The notes under the pieces: generated by a model | Seen by the model: only the letters and a program-made list of their open reading frames with translations | Database searches by the model: none | Told to the model about the DNA's origin: nothing | NCBI GenBank assembly: GCA_964016885.1 | Contig: OZ024753.1 | Coordinates: 26,040,001-26,104,000, forward strand | Direction of reading: 5' to 3' | Origin: Eledone cirrhosa | Lineage: Eukaryota | DNA length: 64,000 nt | Part shown: positions 29,577-47,180 of the stretch, piece after piece | Numbering within the stretch: the first letter of the stretch is position 1 | Layout of the letters: every line of letters starts with the position of its first letter | Position numbers and translations under genes: made by a program

Positions 29577-29714
29577 GCGCATAATAAAATATATGGAACT
29601 CTTTTAACCATCTTTTGTTCTTATATATTATGTATACTCCAGTCCTACAAACTGTAGAGTGCTTCTTATCCGATATCTGCATTGCTTTATTGTACTACAA
29701 TAAAACTCACCTCC

Positions 29715-29776
<62 letters not shown>

Positions 29777-29963
29777 GATATTTCTGCTAATGACATCTCC
29801 CAATTATAAAGGACATTGATTTACTATTTATTATTGAATATGGGCTTTTTTTTATTTGTAATTGGATTATATATATAAATCCAATGGAAAAAAAACTCTG
29901 TAGATTTCTGTCGCCCTAAAACTGTAGTCAGTGTTTGCATTTCATAATGTCTATTATTCAAAG

Positions 29964-30032
<69 letters not shown>

Positions 30033-30161
30033 ACAATATCGGAGAAAGCATTTTAGCGATACATATATATATATATATATGTTTTTTTAAACTGACTTTC
30101 CTTTTACAGAACTGAATTAATTTTCTCAATGTATATATACATATATATAATAATATATATA

Positions 30162-30293
30162 CGTTATTCCGGGTTGAATCGGAGGTAACCACAGTAAGTA
30201 AGGTACTCAATACATTGCAGAGTATAAAAGTTTTAATATAGATGAGATTCTACAGGACTAGAACTGTTTCATTCTTTAGAAATCATCAGGAAT
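30162..30293 (-). mobile_element. 132-bp family F fragment with HHR at 30245-30293
   Basis: rc: attc-CTGATGA-tttctaaagaat-GAAA-cagttctagtcctg-TA-gaat; embedded in (TA)n. Confidence 0.85.
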
Positions 30294-30600
30294 TATATAT
30301 ATATATGTATGTGTGTGCATGTGTATATGTATGTATATGTCTGTATATATGTGTCTGTATATATATGTATGTACTATATATAAATTTAAATATATGAAAT
30401 TATATATATAATGTGTGTGAGTAAAATAGAGACAACTGTAGAATGAAGTGAAATCTGAAAGTAATTTGTATAATGTCGTATGTGATGGAGTGACGACTGG
30501 AAAAGGTGATTCAACAAAATATTTCTATTTTCTAAACATTTTTGTCAGTGAAACCATTACTTTTCTTTCTCATGCATTCGTATCCACTTAGTATACTATA

Positions 30601-30784
30601 TAATAATTGTTTCTACTTTTGGCACAAGGCCAGCAATTATCCCAGTATATTACTGGTACTTTATTTTATCGACCCCATAAGGATGAAAGGCAAAGTTAAC
30701 CTCGGCGGGATTTGAATTCAGACCCTAAAGGGCCGTAACTCTTTCCTGCAAAGCATTGTGTCCAACCCTCTACCGATACTGGCA
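30601..30784 (-). mobile_element. tRNA-derived SINE
   Basis: Reverse complement of the 16767-16953 family. Confidence 0.9.
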
Positions 30785-30950
30785 GGGTCGGACGCCATGC
30801 CTTTGACGCATAGAGTTACGGCCCTTGCCATTCTGAGTTCATATCCCACCAAGGTTAACTTTGCCTTTCATCCTTACGGGGTCGATAAAATAAGTACTAG
30901 TAATGCACTGGGTAATTGCTGGCCTTGTGCCAAAAAGTAGAAACAATTAT
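30785..30950 (+). mobile_element. tRNA-derived SINE, 5'-truncated, fused head-to-head to the previous copy
   Basis: gggtcggacgccatgc...ccttgtgccaaaaagtagaaacaattatta. Confidence 0.9.
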
Positions 30951-30958
30951 TAGAGGGA

Positions 30959-31155
30959 AGGTGGTGGATTAGCAGTGTCGGTAGAGAGTCGGACGCTATG
31001 CTTTTCAGTATAGAGTTACGGCCCTTTACAGTCTCAGTTCAAATCCCGCCGAGGTTAACTTTGGCTTTCATCATCACGGGGTCGATAAAATAAAGTACCA
31101 GTAATACACTGGGGTAATTACTGACCTTGTGCCAAAAGTAGAAACAATTATTATT
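30959..31155 (+). mobile_element. tRNA-derived SINE
   Basis: ggtggtggattagcagtgtcggtagag...gttcaaatccc...gtagaaacaattattatta. Confidence 0.9.
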
Positions 31156-31212
31156 AGAGAAGAGAAGTTCAGACATTAGCTAGATGTTACTAAATCATAT
31201 TTGTAATATACA

Positions 31213-31510
31213 GGTAGCGAATTGGTAGAGTTAGAATATCAGATAGAATGGTAGAGTGGTTAAAATGTCAGATAGAGTGGTAGAGTGGTTAGAACGTCAG
31301 ATAGAATGGTAGAGTGGTTAGAACGTCCGATAGAATGGTGGAGTGGTTAGAACGTCAGATAGAATGGTGGAGTGGTTAGAACGTCAGATAGAATGTTTTG
31401 TGGTATTTATTGCAGCTTTCTGCTTCCTGAGTTCAAATCCTACCGAGGTCAACTTTGCCTTTCATCCGTTCGAAGATGATAAAAAAAGTACCAGTCTAAT
31501 ACTGGGGTTA
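31213..31510 (+). mobile_element. SINE with ~6 tandem 29-bp repeats of its A-box region
   Basis: (gatagaatggtagagtggttagaacgtca)n at ~31225-31395, then B box gagttcaaatcc and the conserved body. Confidence 0.85.
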
Positions 31511-31819
31511 ATTTTTCCTCTATATCTCTTTCTCACTTCCATTCTCTCACTTTCTATTCTTCTCTGAAAGAGATCTGCTGTATCCAGACGTGGAGAAGAA
31601 ATGGGCTCCACTAGGTTTCAAAATACGAGAAACACCATATGTCAATACAGCGCCCCCTACGACTCCCTCGCGAGTTATCTGCCCATGTATTTGTAATGTC
31701 TCCTTGATTTCCTTACACTAACAATGCTCATAAAGAGAAAACTACAAAAATTTAACTTAAAAACATCCTAATTTGTCCCACTAAAATATAAAACCTCATA
31801 CATTTTCGCTAAAACCTTC

Positions 31820-32150
31820 ATAGACTGAATATAAAGGGTTTACAGCATAGACTGAATATAAAGGGTTTACAGTAGACTAAATATAAAGGGTTTACAGCAG
31901 AGACTGAATATAAAGGGTTTACAGCATAGACTGAATATAAAGGGTTTACATTAGACTAAATATAAAGGGTTTACAGCATAGACTGAATATAAAGGGTTTA
32001 CAGTAGACTAAATATAAAGGGTCTACAGCAGAGACCGAATATAAAGGGATTACAGTAGATGAAATATAAAGGGTTTACAATAGACTGGATATAAAGGGTT
32101 TACAATAGACTGGATATAAATGGTTTACCTATTTACAGTGGACTAAATAG
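31820..32150. repeat. 25/27-bp minisatellite tagactgaatataaagggtttaca(gca), ~12 copies
   Basis: Direct reading. Confidence 0.95.
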
Positions 32151-32510
32151 AAACATCAGTTAAGAGAGAACAATTTTATTCATATATACATATGAAATAT
32201 AAAATATTTAACACATATCTATATAATAAATATGTATATATGAATAAAATGATATAGATGTGTTAGTATGTGGATGTATACACACACACTACATGTGATC
32301 TCAAATACATAAGCAGGTGTATATACAGGCGGTCGTCGAGCGTAGAACTATCTATATATCTATACATGCTCTCACTCACTCACTCACTCTCTCTCCCCCC
32401 CTCTCTCTCTCTCTCTCTCTCTATCTCATATATATATTTATATACATAAATATATATATCAATATATCTACTAGTCCTGTAGAAGCCATTTCTACGTTAA
32501 TCATTATTAA

Positions 32511-32557
<47 letters not shown>

Positions 32558-32563
32558 AACACA

Positions 32564-32644
<81 letters not shown>

Positions 32645-32649
32645 GTATA

Positions 32650-32685
<36 letters not shown>

Positions 32686-33044
32686 CGCTTACCCACACTG
32701 AACGTATGTGTGTGTGTTTCTATGAACGTGTGTGTGGGCGTCGAAATGATGAAGTATAATCGTTTTATTGAGCAGGGGAAGTGAACCAAGAAGGCAAGAT
32801 TTATGTCATAATGTTGTTAGCCAACTGAAATCTCGCTGTAATTAGTCATGTTGAAAGAATGAGATTTTAATATTAATGCTTGTGTAAGTAAATAAACACA
32901 TCTATATATGTAGAGATATATGTGTATACATAAATATATATTACATATCATATATATATATTATATATATACTATATATCATATATATATATATGGTATA
33001 TTATATATATATATAATATATATATATATATTATATATATATAT

Positions 33045-33234
33045 GGCGGTGGATTGGCAGTATCGGTAGAGGGTCGGACGCCATGCTGTGCAGCAAAGAG
33101 TTACGGCGCTTTATGGTCTGAGTTCAAATCCCGCTGAGGTTAACTTTGCTTTCATCCTTACGGGGTCGATAAAATAAAGTACCAGTAATACACTGGTATA
33201 ATAGCTGGCCTTATGCCAAAAGTAGAAACAATTA
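33045..33234 (+). mobile_element. Full-length tRNA-derived SINE inserted in (TA)n
   Basis: ggcggtggattggcagtatcggtagag...gagttcaaatccc...gtagaaacaatta. Confidence 0.92.
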
Positions 33235-33258
33235 TATATATTATATATATATAATATA

Positions 33259-33720
33259 CTAGCAGATTTACCCGGCGTTGCCCGAGGTTTCAAATTATGC
33301 TAAGAATATACAGCTAGGAAGTAAATTGAATGGAAAATCCCATAAGGATTTGGTTTTTATGGGTTTGCTGACACAGGCATGTGACTTAGAAGAAAATCGA
33401 TGCTTGCTTAAGAGCCTTGTAGTGAAGAAAATAAACACCTACAATTGTGTCGCGAGTGACAAAATAATGTCCAACCTACAGCTGCATAATTGTAGGTCCC
33501 AACAGTTTGAATGGAAAGACCCATAAGGATTTTGTTTTGATTGATTTCTACCTTACATCATGCACTTTAGAAAAAATAAATTTACTATCGATTTTTTATT
33601 GCTCGACGTGGGCCGATTTGAAAAGTATTTGTGATGTGAACATCATGCCGACAGGTGCAACGTGCACAAAAAATTTGTTAAAATTCGGTTTGGAATTTTA
33701 ATAAGTATTTTAATAAATAT
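33259..33720 (-). mobile_element. Non-autonomous Helitron-like element (3' end at 33259; other boundary approximate)
   Basis: rc: ctcgggcaacgccggg hairpin-like segment, ~8 nt, then CTAG followed by T. Confidence 0.7.
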
Positions 33721-33734
33721 GTTATTTTAAGAAA

Positions 33735-37433
<3,699 letters not shown>

Positions 37434-37585
37434 TAAATGCTCTGAAATAGCGATATATATGTGAATATAGACATAGAATATTCGAAAATATTCTGTATGT
37501 TTATAATAAACATTTTGAAGACCTAATCGCTATAGAATAGAATACGTCACGTATTACAATTAGATTCTCGATAAAAGCAAGGGAA

Positions 37586-37628
37586 GTAATCTACGCGTTT
37601 CATTCTTGTTAGAAATCTTCAGGACTAT
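37586..37628 (-). ncRNA. Hammerhead, family G
   Basis: rc: atagtc-CTGAAGA-tttctaacaagaat-GAAA-cgcg-TA-gattac. Confidence 0.88.
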
Positions 37629-38096
37629 ATATCCAGTGCTTTTATCGAGAATGACACAGCTAGAGACTTATAGAATACTTAGCTGTGTACAGGAATTGGT
37701 TTGAAAGAGCGGTTGCCGGTCCGGCAGAAATTAGAAATTGGAATAAATGCTCTGAAATAGCGATATATATGTGAATATAGACATAGAATATTCGAAAATA
37801 TTCTGTATGTTTATAATAAACATTTTGAAGACCTAATCGCTATAGAATAGAATACGTCACGTATTACAATTAGATTCTCGATAAAAGCAAGGGAAGTAAT
37901 CTACGCGTTTCATTCTTGACAGAATATTTTCGAATATTCTATGTCTATATTCACATATATATCGCTATTTCAGAGCATTTATTCCAATTTCTAATTTCTG
38001 CCGGACCGGCAACCGCTCTTTCAAACCAGTTCCTGTACACAGCTAAGTATTCTATAAGTCTCTAGCTGTGTCATTCTCGATAAAAGCACTGGATAT

Positions 38097-38139
38097 GTAG
38101 TCCTGAAGATTTCTAACAAGAATGAAACGCGTAGATTAC
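38097..38139 (+). ncRNA. Hammerhead, family G, copy 1
   Basis: gtagtc-CTGAAGA-t-ttct(aaca)agaa-t-GAAA-cgcg-TA-gattac; predicted cleavage after A38133. Confidence 0.9.
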
Positions 38140-38406
38140 TTCCCTTGCTTTTATCGAGAATCTAATTGTAATACGTGACGTATTCTATTCTATAGCGATT
38201 AGGTCTTCAAAATGTTTATTATAAACATACAGAATATTTTCGAATATTCTATGTCTATATTCACATATATATCGCTATTTCAGAGCATTTATTCCAATTT
38301 CTAATTTCTGCCGGACCGGCAACCGCTCTTTCAAACCAGTTCCTGTACACAGCTAAGTATTCTATAAGTCTCTAGCTGTGTCATTCTCGATAAAAGCACT
38401 GGATAT

Positions 38407-38449
38407 GTAGTCCTGAAGATTTCTAACAAGAATGAAAGGCGTAGATTAC
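38407..38449 (+). ncRNA. Hammerhead, family G, copy 2 (stem III C>G at 38438)
   Basis: GAAA-ggcg-TA breaks the CGCG palindrome. Confidence 0.8.
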
Positions 38450-38716
38450 TTCCCTTGCTTTTATCGAGAATCTAATTGTAATACGTGACGTATTCTATTC
38501 TATAGCGATTAGGTCTTCAAAATGTTTATTATAAACATACAGAATATTTTCGAATATTCTATGTCTATATTCACATATATATCGCTATTTCAGAGCATTT
38601 ATTCCAATTTCTAATTTCTGCCGGACCGGCAACCGCTGTTTCAAACCAGTTCCTGTACACAGCTAAGTATTCTATAAGTCTCTAGCTGTGTCATTCTCGA
38701 TAAAAGCACTGGATAT

Positions 38717-38759
38717 GTAGTCCTGAAGATTTCTAACAAGAATGAAACGCGTAGATTAC
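38717..38759 (+). ncRNA. Hammerhead, family G, copy 3
   Basis: Identical to copy 1. Confidence 0.9.
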
Positions 38760-38890
38760 TTCCCTTGCTTTTATCGAGAATCTAATTGTAATACGTGACG
38801 TATTCTATTCTATAGCGATTAGGTCTTCAAAATGTTTATTATAAACATACAGAATATTTTCGAATATTCTATGTCTATATTCACATATAT

Positions 38891-40808
<1,918 letters not shown>

Positions 40809-42682
40809 AAAGAATGAATAATAACAGGTAGACATCATAAAAAGGTAGTTTATTCCGTGTGCTTACAAGTGTTTCCACGGTGGTACTGCAGCCTAGTTCC
40901 GCTACGTGCAAATTCACAAATACTTGCAGAACTCGAATATCCAATGCTGTGACCACTGTTTCCTCAGAGCAGAATGGTAAATGTACAATGTAAAAACCCT
41001 TAAGTGGGGTTGTTGGGGAAGATAGAGTGGAACCGGAAGAGAGAAAAGTAGGGAAGAGGGACAGAGAAGGAAAGATATGCAGGGGTTGGAGAAGTAGGAG
41101 AGAGTGGCTTGTAGATATCTTAATCAAAATGTTATGGTAGAGGTTTTATTATACTGGTTACTTTTGGAGAGATGCGTAGATAGTTGAGGTCGGAATTATT
41201 TATTGCCCCAGAGGGCAGGTTCATAGATGTTGAGAGGGAGGTAGGTCAAAGGTGAGAGAGAGAGAGTGTAATGGATGTAGAGAGAGATATATAGGTAGAG
41301 AGGGGACAGGTAAAGTATGTGTGGTGAGTAGACTTTTGGTTTTGTAGTAGTAATCTAGGAATCGTACTGAGTTACCATGTATAGTGATAAGCAGTGTATT
41401 GTCTTGTAGTGTGGGGGGAAGAGAAGGTTGTTAGCTAGAAAGTGGTGTTGTAGTTACGGGTTCGAATGTTAAGTTATTTTATAGTGAGAGAATTTAGATT
41501 TTAGTTTGTGGTTGCAGTATAATGATCGTTCAATTCTATCGTTAAGTAGTTTGTTTTTGGATTTTAGTATGTAAAATAGCTCAAGGTTACATAACCTGCA
41601 GTACTTCAATCCACTCCGATATGCATTTGCGTTGAAAGTATATCCCATTTTAAGGTGAACTGTTGGTTGTGTTCACGGAGTTGCCAGGTCTTGTTGGCGA
41701 GCGTGGTCACAAAACGGTGATTCGGATGTTTGATTGAGAATCGATGACGGTACCAGCGAGATTTAAGCGATGTGGTGGTAGATCCGATATAATACCATTT
41801 CTGGTCGTTCGATTCAACCGTGCATTGGTAAACAATGTTGGACTTTAGGCATTCATTCTGCAATGACATCTTTCAGGTAGATGGCAGTTACATTCTTTGT
41901 TGTGGGTAGCGGGTATACCATGGATAGGTTGTGATAGCGGTACAGGTGGGTTGTGCAATACCCGTCTCCCATTTAGTGGTTGGGAGGCAGATATTGCGTT
42001 CTGCCCATCTGTTACTAAACTGTTTTGTTTGTAGAGTTGTTTAATTGCCTTAAGTTAAGTTTTTTTTATGTATGCTTCAAGGTTTGGTGCCGTGGAGTAT
42101 GATAGTCTAATAGTTTTAGAGTTCAGAGTTTTGCTGTACTTATGGGAACTAGGGAAGTGTTTATTGATTAATTTAAAGAATGAAAGAGATAGTTTTGTAC
42201 TAATCGAAGCATTAAAAATAGGATTGTACCAGATATACTTTCTACAACGTGATTTATTTGGTGGTGATCTTCTATTATTAGTATGTCTGGTAGTACCGTG
42301 TGTATGTGCTTGTGTTTTAGTCCCCCGGTTACGTATACCTGATTACGTGTAGAGCTATGTGTGTTGTGGAAATTCCTATCGATGTATTCTATTGTATCCC
42401 GGTGGTCAGCATTCCTTAATGCATTATTGTAGTATTCAGCATGTTCACTAAAAATATCAGAGTTAGACGATAGGCGAGAGATTCTAAGAGAAATACTCCG
42501 GGGAACTGATTTGATCATGGAGAGTGGGTGGTTAGAGTTAAAGTCAATATACGTAAGGCTCTCATTTACCTTGTGGAAGGGTCGTATCTGTCCAGTATTT
42601 AAATTAAGAGTTACGTCCAGAAAGTTTATTACTTTACACATATATATATATACAACAAGAGTTACGTCCAGAAAGTTTATTA
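40809..42682 (-). mobile_element. 5'-truncated, frameshifted Penelope-like element, Naiad-type GIY-YIG
   Basis: [36 protein letters not shown]; ECNCHLPERC/LQNECLKSNIVYQCTV...YYIGST...RWYRHRFS; CRLCNLE...LLNDRIE...CNH. Confidence 0.9.
40860..40971 (-). ncRNA. Hammerhead with ~85-nt stem II domain, family H (3' end of the Naiad-like PLE)
   Basis: rc: tgct-CTGAGGA-aacagtggtcacagc...gctgcagtaccaccgtg-GAAA-cacttg-TA-agca. Confidence 0.75.
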
Positions 42683-42688
42683 CATACA

Positions 42689-42722
<34 letters not shown>

Positions 42723-42918
42723 CATATACATATACACATATATATATATATGTATATGTATATATATATTTATATATGTATATGTATATATAGATATGTA
42801 TATGTATATATATATATATGTATGTATATATATATATATATGTATGTATATATATATATATATATGTATGTATATATATATATATATATATGTATGTATA
42901 TATATATATATATATGTG

Positions 42919-42957
<39 letters not shown>

Positions 42958-42973
42958 ATATATATATATGTAT

Positions 42974-43005
<32 letters not shown>

Positions 43006-43021
43006 ATATATATATATGTAT

Positions 43022-43053
<32 letters not shown>

Positions 43054-43072
43054 ATATATATATATGTATGTG

Positions 43073-43103
<31 letters not shown>

Positions 43104-43313
43104 ATGTATATATATATATGTATGTATATGTATATATATATATGTATGTATATATATATATGTATGTATATGTATATATATGTATGTATATGTATATATA
43201 TATATGTATGTATATGTATATATATGTATGTATGTATATGTATATATATATATGTATGTATATGTATATATATATATGTATGTATATGTATATATATATA
43301 TGTATGTATATGT

Positions 43314-43354
<41 letters not shown>

Positions 43355-43371
43355 TATGTATGTATATGTAT

Positions 43372-43412
<41 letters not shown>

Positions 43413-44106
43413 TATGTATGTATATGTATATATATATATATGTATATATATATGTATGTATATATATATGTATGTATATATATATGTATGTATATATATA
43501 TGTATGTATATATATATGTATGTATATATATATATATGTATGTATATATATATGTATGTAAGTATATATATATGTATGTATATATATATATATGTATGTA
43601 TATATATATGTATGTATATATATATATATGTATGTATATATATATATATGTATGTATATATATATGTATGTATATATATATATATGTATGTATATATATA
43701 TATGTATGTATATATATATATATGTATGTATATATATATATATGTATGTATATATATATATATGTATGTATATATATATATATATATGTGTATGTATATA
43801 TATATATGTATGTATATATATATATGTATGTATATATATATATGTATGTATATGTATATATATGTATGTATATATATATATGTATGTATATGTATATATA
43901 TGTATGTATATGTATATATATGTATGTATATGTATATATATGTATGTATATGTATATATATATATGTATGTATATATATATATGTATGTATATGTATATA
44001 TATATATGTATGTATATGTATATATATATATGTGTATGTATATATATATATATATATGTATGTATATATATATATATATGTATGTATATATATATATATA
44101 TGTATG

Positions 44107-44140
<34 letters not shown>

Positions 44141-44445
44141 TGTATGTATATATATATATATGTATGTATATATATATATGTATGTATATATATATATATA
44201 TGTATGTATATATATATATGTATGTATATATATATATATATATGTATGTATATATATATATATGTATGTATATATATATATAAGTATGTATATATATATA
44301 AATAAGTATGTATATATATATATAAGTATCTATCTATGGCGGGTAAAATTCCAGAAATCCATGGACGAGTTCTCTCCAGCGGTCTCTGTCCCTCATTATC
44401 GCTGCCATATCATAAGTATGTATATATATATATGTATGTATATGT

Positions 44446-44481
<36 letters not shown>

Positions 44482-44745
44482 GTATATATATATGTATGTA
44501 TATATATATGTATATATATATATGTATATATATGTATATGTATATATATATGTATATATATATATATATGTATATGTATATATATATATATGTATATGTA
44601 TAAATATATATATATGTATATGTATATATATATGTATATGTATATATATGTATATGTATATATATATGTATATATATATATATGTATATATATATATGTA
44701 TATATATATATGTATGTATATGTATATATGTATATGTATATATGT

Positions 44746-44778
<33 letters not shown>

Positions 44779-44862
44779 TATATGTATATGTATATGTATA
44801 TATATATGTATATGTATATATATATGTATATATATATGTATATATATATGTATATATATATG

Positions 44863-44893
<31 letters not shown>

Positions 44894-45032
44894 GTATGTA
44901 TATATATATATGTATGTGTATATATATATGTATGTATATATATATATGTGTGTATATATATATATATGTATGTATATATATATATGTATGTATATATATA
45001 TATATATATGTATGTATATATATATATGTATG

Positions 45033-45068
<36 letters not shown>

Positions 45069-45385
45069 TATGTATGTATATATATATGTGTATATATATA
45101 TATGTATGTATATATATATATGTATGTATATATATATATGTATGTATATATATATATATGTATGTATATATATATGTATATATATATATGTATATATATA
45201 TATATGTATGTATATATATATGTATGTATATATATATATGTATGTATATATATATGTATGTATATATATATATGTATGTATGTATATGTATGTATATATA
45301 TGTATGTATGTATATATATGTATATATGTATGTATATATGTATGTATGTATATATGTATGTATGTATATATGTTTATATGTATGT
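42683..45385. repeat. (TA)n/(TATG)n microsatellite with an 80-bp unique island at 44335-44415
   Basis: Direct reading. Confidence 0.96.
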
Positions 45386-45390
45386 TTTAT

Positions 45391-45998
45391 GTCAGGTCAC
45401 CACTTGGTGCTACTGGTAACATGTATCCCAGTACAACCTGTCTCATGGTCGGGTCGTTGGCGACTAAACTGGCAACCCCACTAAGGTTTCTTGGTGAGGA
45501 GGGTGACTTTGGACATCCTGCAGGACTAAAAACAAAACCTGTCAAAGGGCAAAGGAGCTCTTAAGAGTCAATGGCCATCCAAAATCACCGGGAGAGATGA
45601 CCCCTTAGCCTTTGTCAAGGCAGAATTCTAGGAGAAGGAAAACTCTGATATAACACCTGCAACCCTGATGGTATCCAATGATGTTGACTTGTTCTTCTTT
45701 TTGGTAAATATCATCTTGGTTAAGAGAGTGGGACTGGCTTTGTGCAGTGCCTTTGCTCACTATAAAAGCTTCACGGCACAGGCATTGCTTTGTATCTGGA
45801 GATCTCTCTGCACTTGTCATTACATGGTACCATGGGCCCAGCACTATGTGTCAATAATTGTCACAAGTGTAGTGTTTGTACCAGAGTTTTCAAGTTGCTG
45901 GCTGGACTAAAAAGTCACACTCGTTCAGCGTATCGGTAGGGGTTCTCCTACATGGTTATAAAGTAGTGGCCGTACTCGAAAACGAGTTGGCAGCCACC
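45391..45998 (+). mobile_element. Internally deleted RTE-like LINE derivative (5' UTR-like part, C-terminal C2H2 finger, 3' end, (ATGT)n tail)
   Basis: [23 protein letters not shown]; terminal actcgaaaacgagt hairpin then ggcagccacc-atgt... Confidence 0.7.
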
Positions 45999-46228
45999 AT
46001 GTATATGTATATGTATGTATGTATATATATATATGTATGTATATATATATATGTATGTATATATATATATGTATGTATATATATATATGTATGTATATAT
46101 ATATATATGTATGTATATATATATATATGTATGTATATATATATATATGTATGTATATATATATGTATGTATATATATATATATGTATGTATATATATAT
46201 ATGTATGTATATATATATATATGTATGT

Positions 46229-46269
<41 letters not shown>

Positions 46270-46681
46270 TATATGTATGTATATATGTATGTATGTATAT
46301 ATGTATGTATGTATGTATATATGTATGTATGTATATATATATGTATGTATATATATATGTATGTATCTATATGTATGTATATGTATATATATATATATAT
46401 ATATGTATGTATATGTATATATATATATATATATGTATGTATATGTATATATATATATATATATGTATGTATATGTATATATATATATATATATGTATGT
46501 ATATGTATATATATATATATATGTATGTATATGTATATATATATATATATATGTATGTATATGTATATATATATATATATATGTATGTATATGTATATAT
46601 ATATATATATATATGTATGTATATGTATATATATATATATATGTATGTATATGTATATATATATATATATGTATGTATATG

Positions 46682-46712
<31 letters not shown>

Positions 46713-46771
46713 ATGTATATATATATATATATGTATGTATATGTATATATATATATATATGTATGTATATG

Positions 46772-46802
<31 letters not shown>

Positions 46803-47180
46803 ATGTATATATATATATATATGTATGTATATGTATATATATATATATATGTATGTATATGTATATATATATATATATGTATGTATATGTATATATATAT
46901 ATATATGTATGTATATGTATATATATATATATATGTATATGTATATATATATGTATGTATATGTATATATATATATATGTATGTATATGTATATATATAT
47001 ATATATGTATGTATATGTATATATATGTATGTATATGTATATATATATATATATGTATGTATATGTATATATATGTATGTATATGTATATATATATATAT
47101 ATGTATGTATATGTATGTATATGTATATGTATGTATATGTATGTATATGTATATATATATATATGTATGTATATGTATAT
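45999..47180. repeat. (TATG)/(TA)n microsatellite
   Basis: Direct reading. Confidence 0.97.

Larger units (their letters stand above)
37434..38890. mobile_element. Tandem array of 310-bp HHR-containing monomers (candidate non-LTR retrozyme): ~1.6 units on minus, then ~3.1 units on plus
   Basis: tcctgaagat at 38101, 38411 and 38721; tctgaaatag at 37441 and 37751; inversion junction at 37918/37919. Confidence 0.9.

Noticed and set aside
31647-31661. CTCF-like site (cagcgccccctac)
   Set aside because: Single partial motif with no supporting context
31820-32150. CRISPR-like repeat
   Set aside because: Contiguous units without unique spacers; an ordinary minisatellite
45880-45935. Host C2H2 zinc-finger gene cluster (four copies of a C-x2-C...H motif)
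   Set aside because: A single degenerate finger directly before a retroelement 3' end and (ATGT)n tail; no TGEKP linkers; fits an RTE C-terminus
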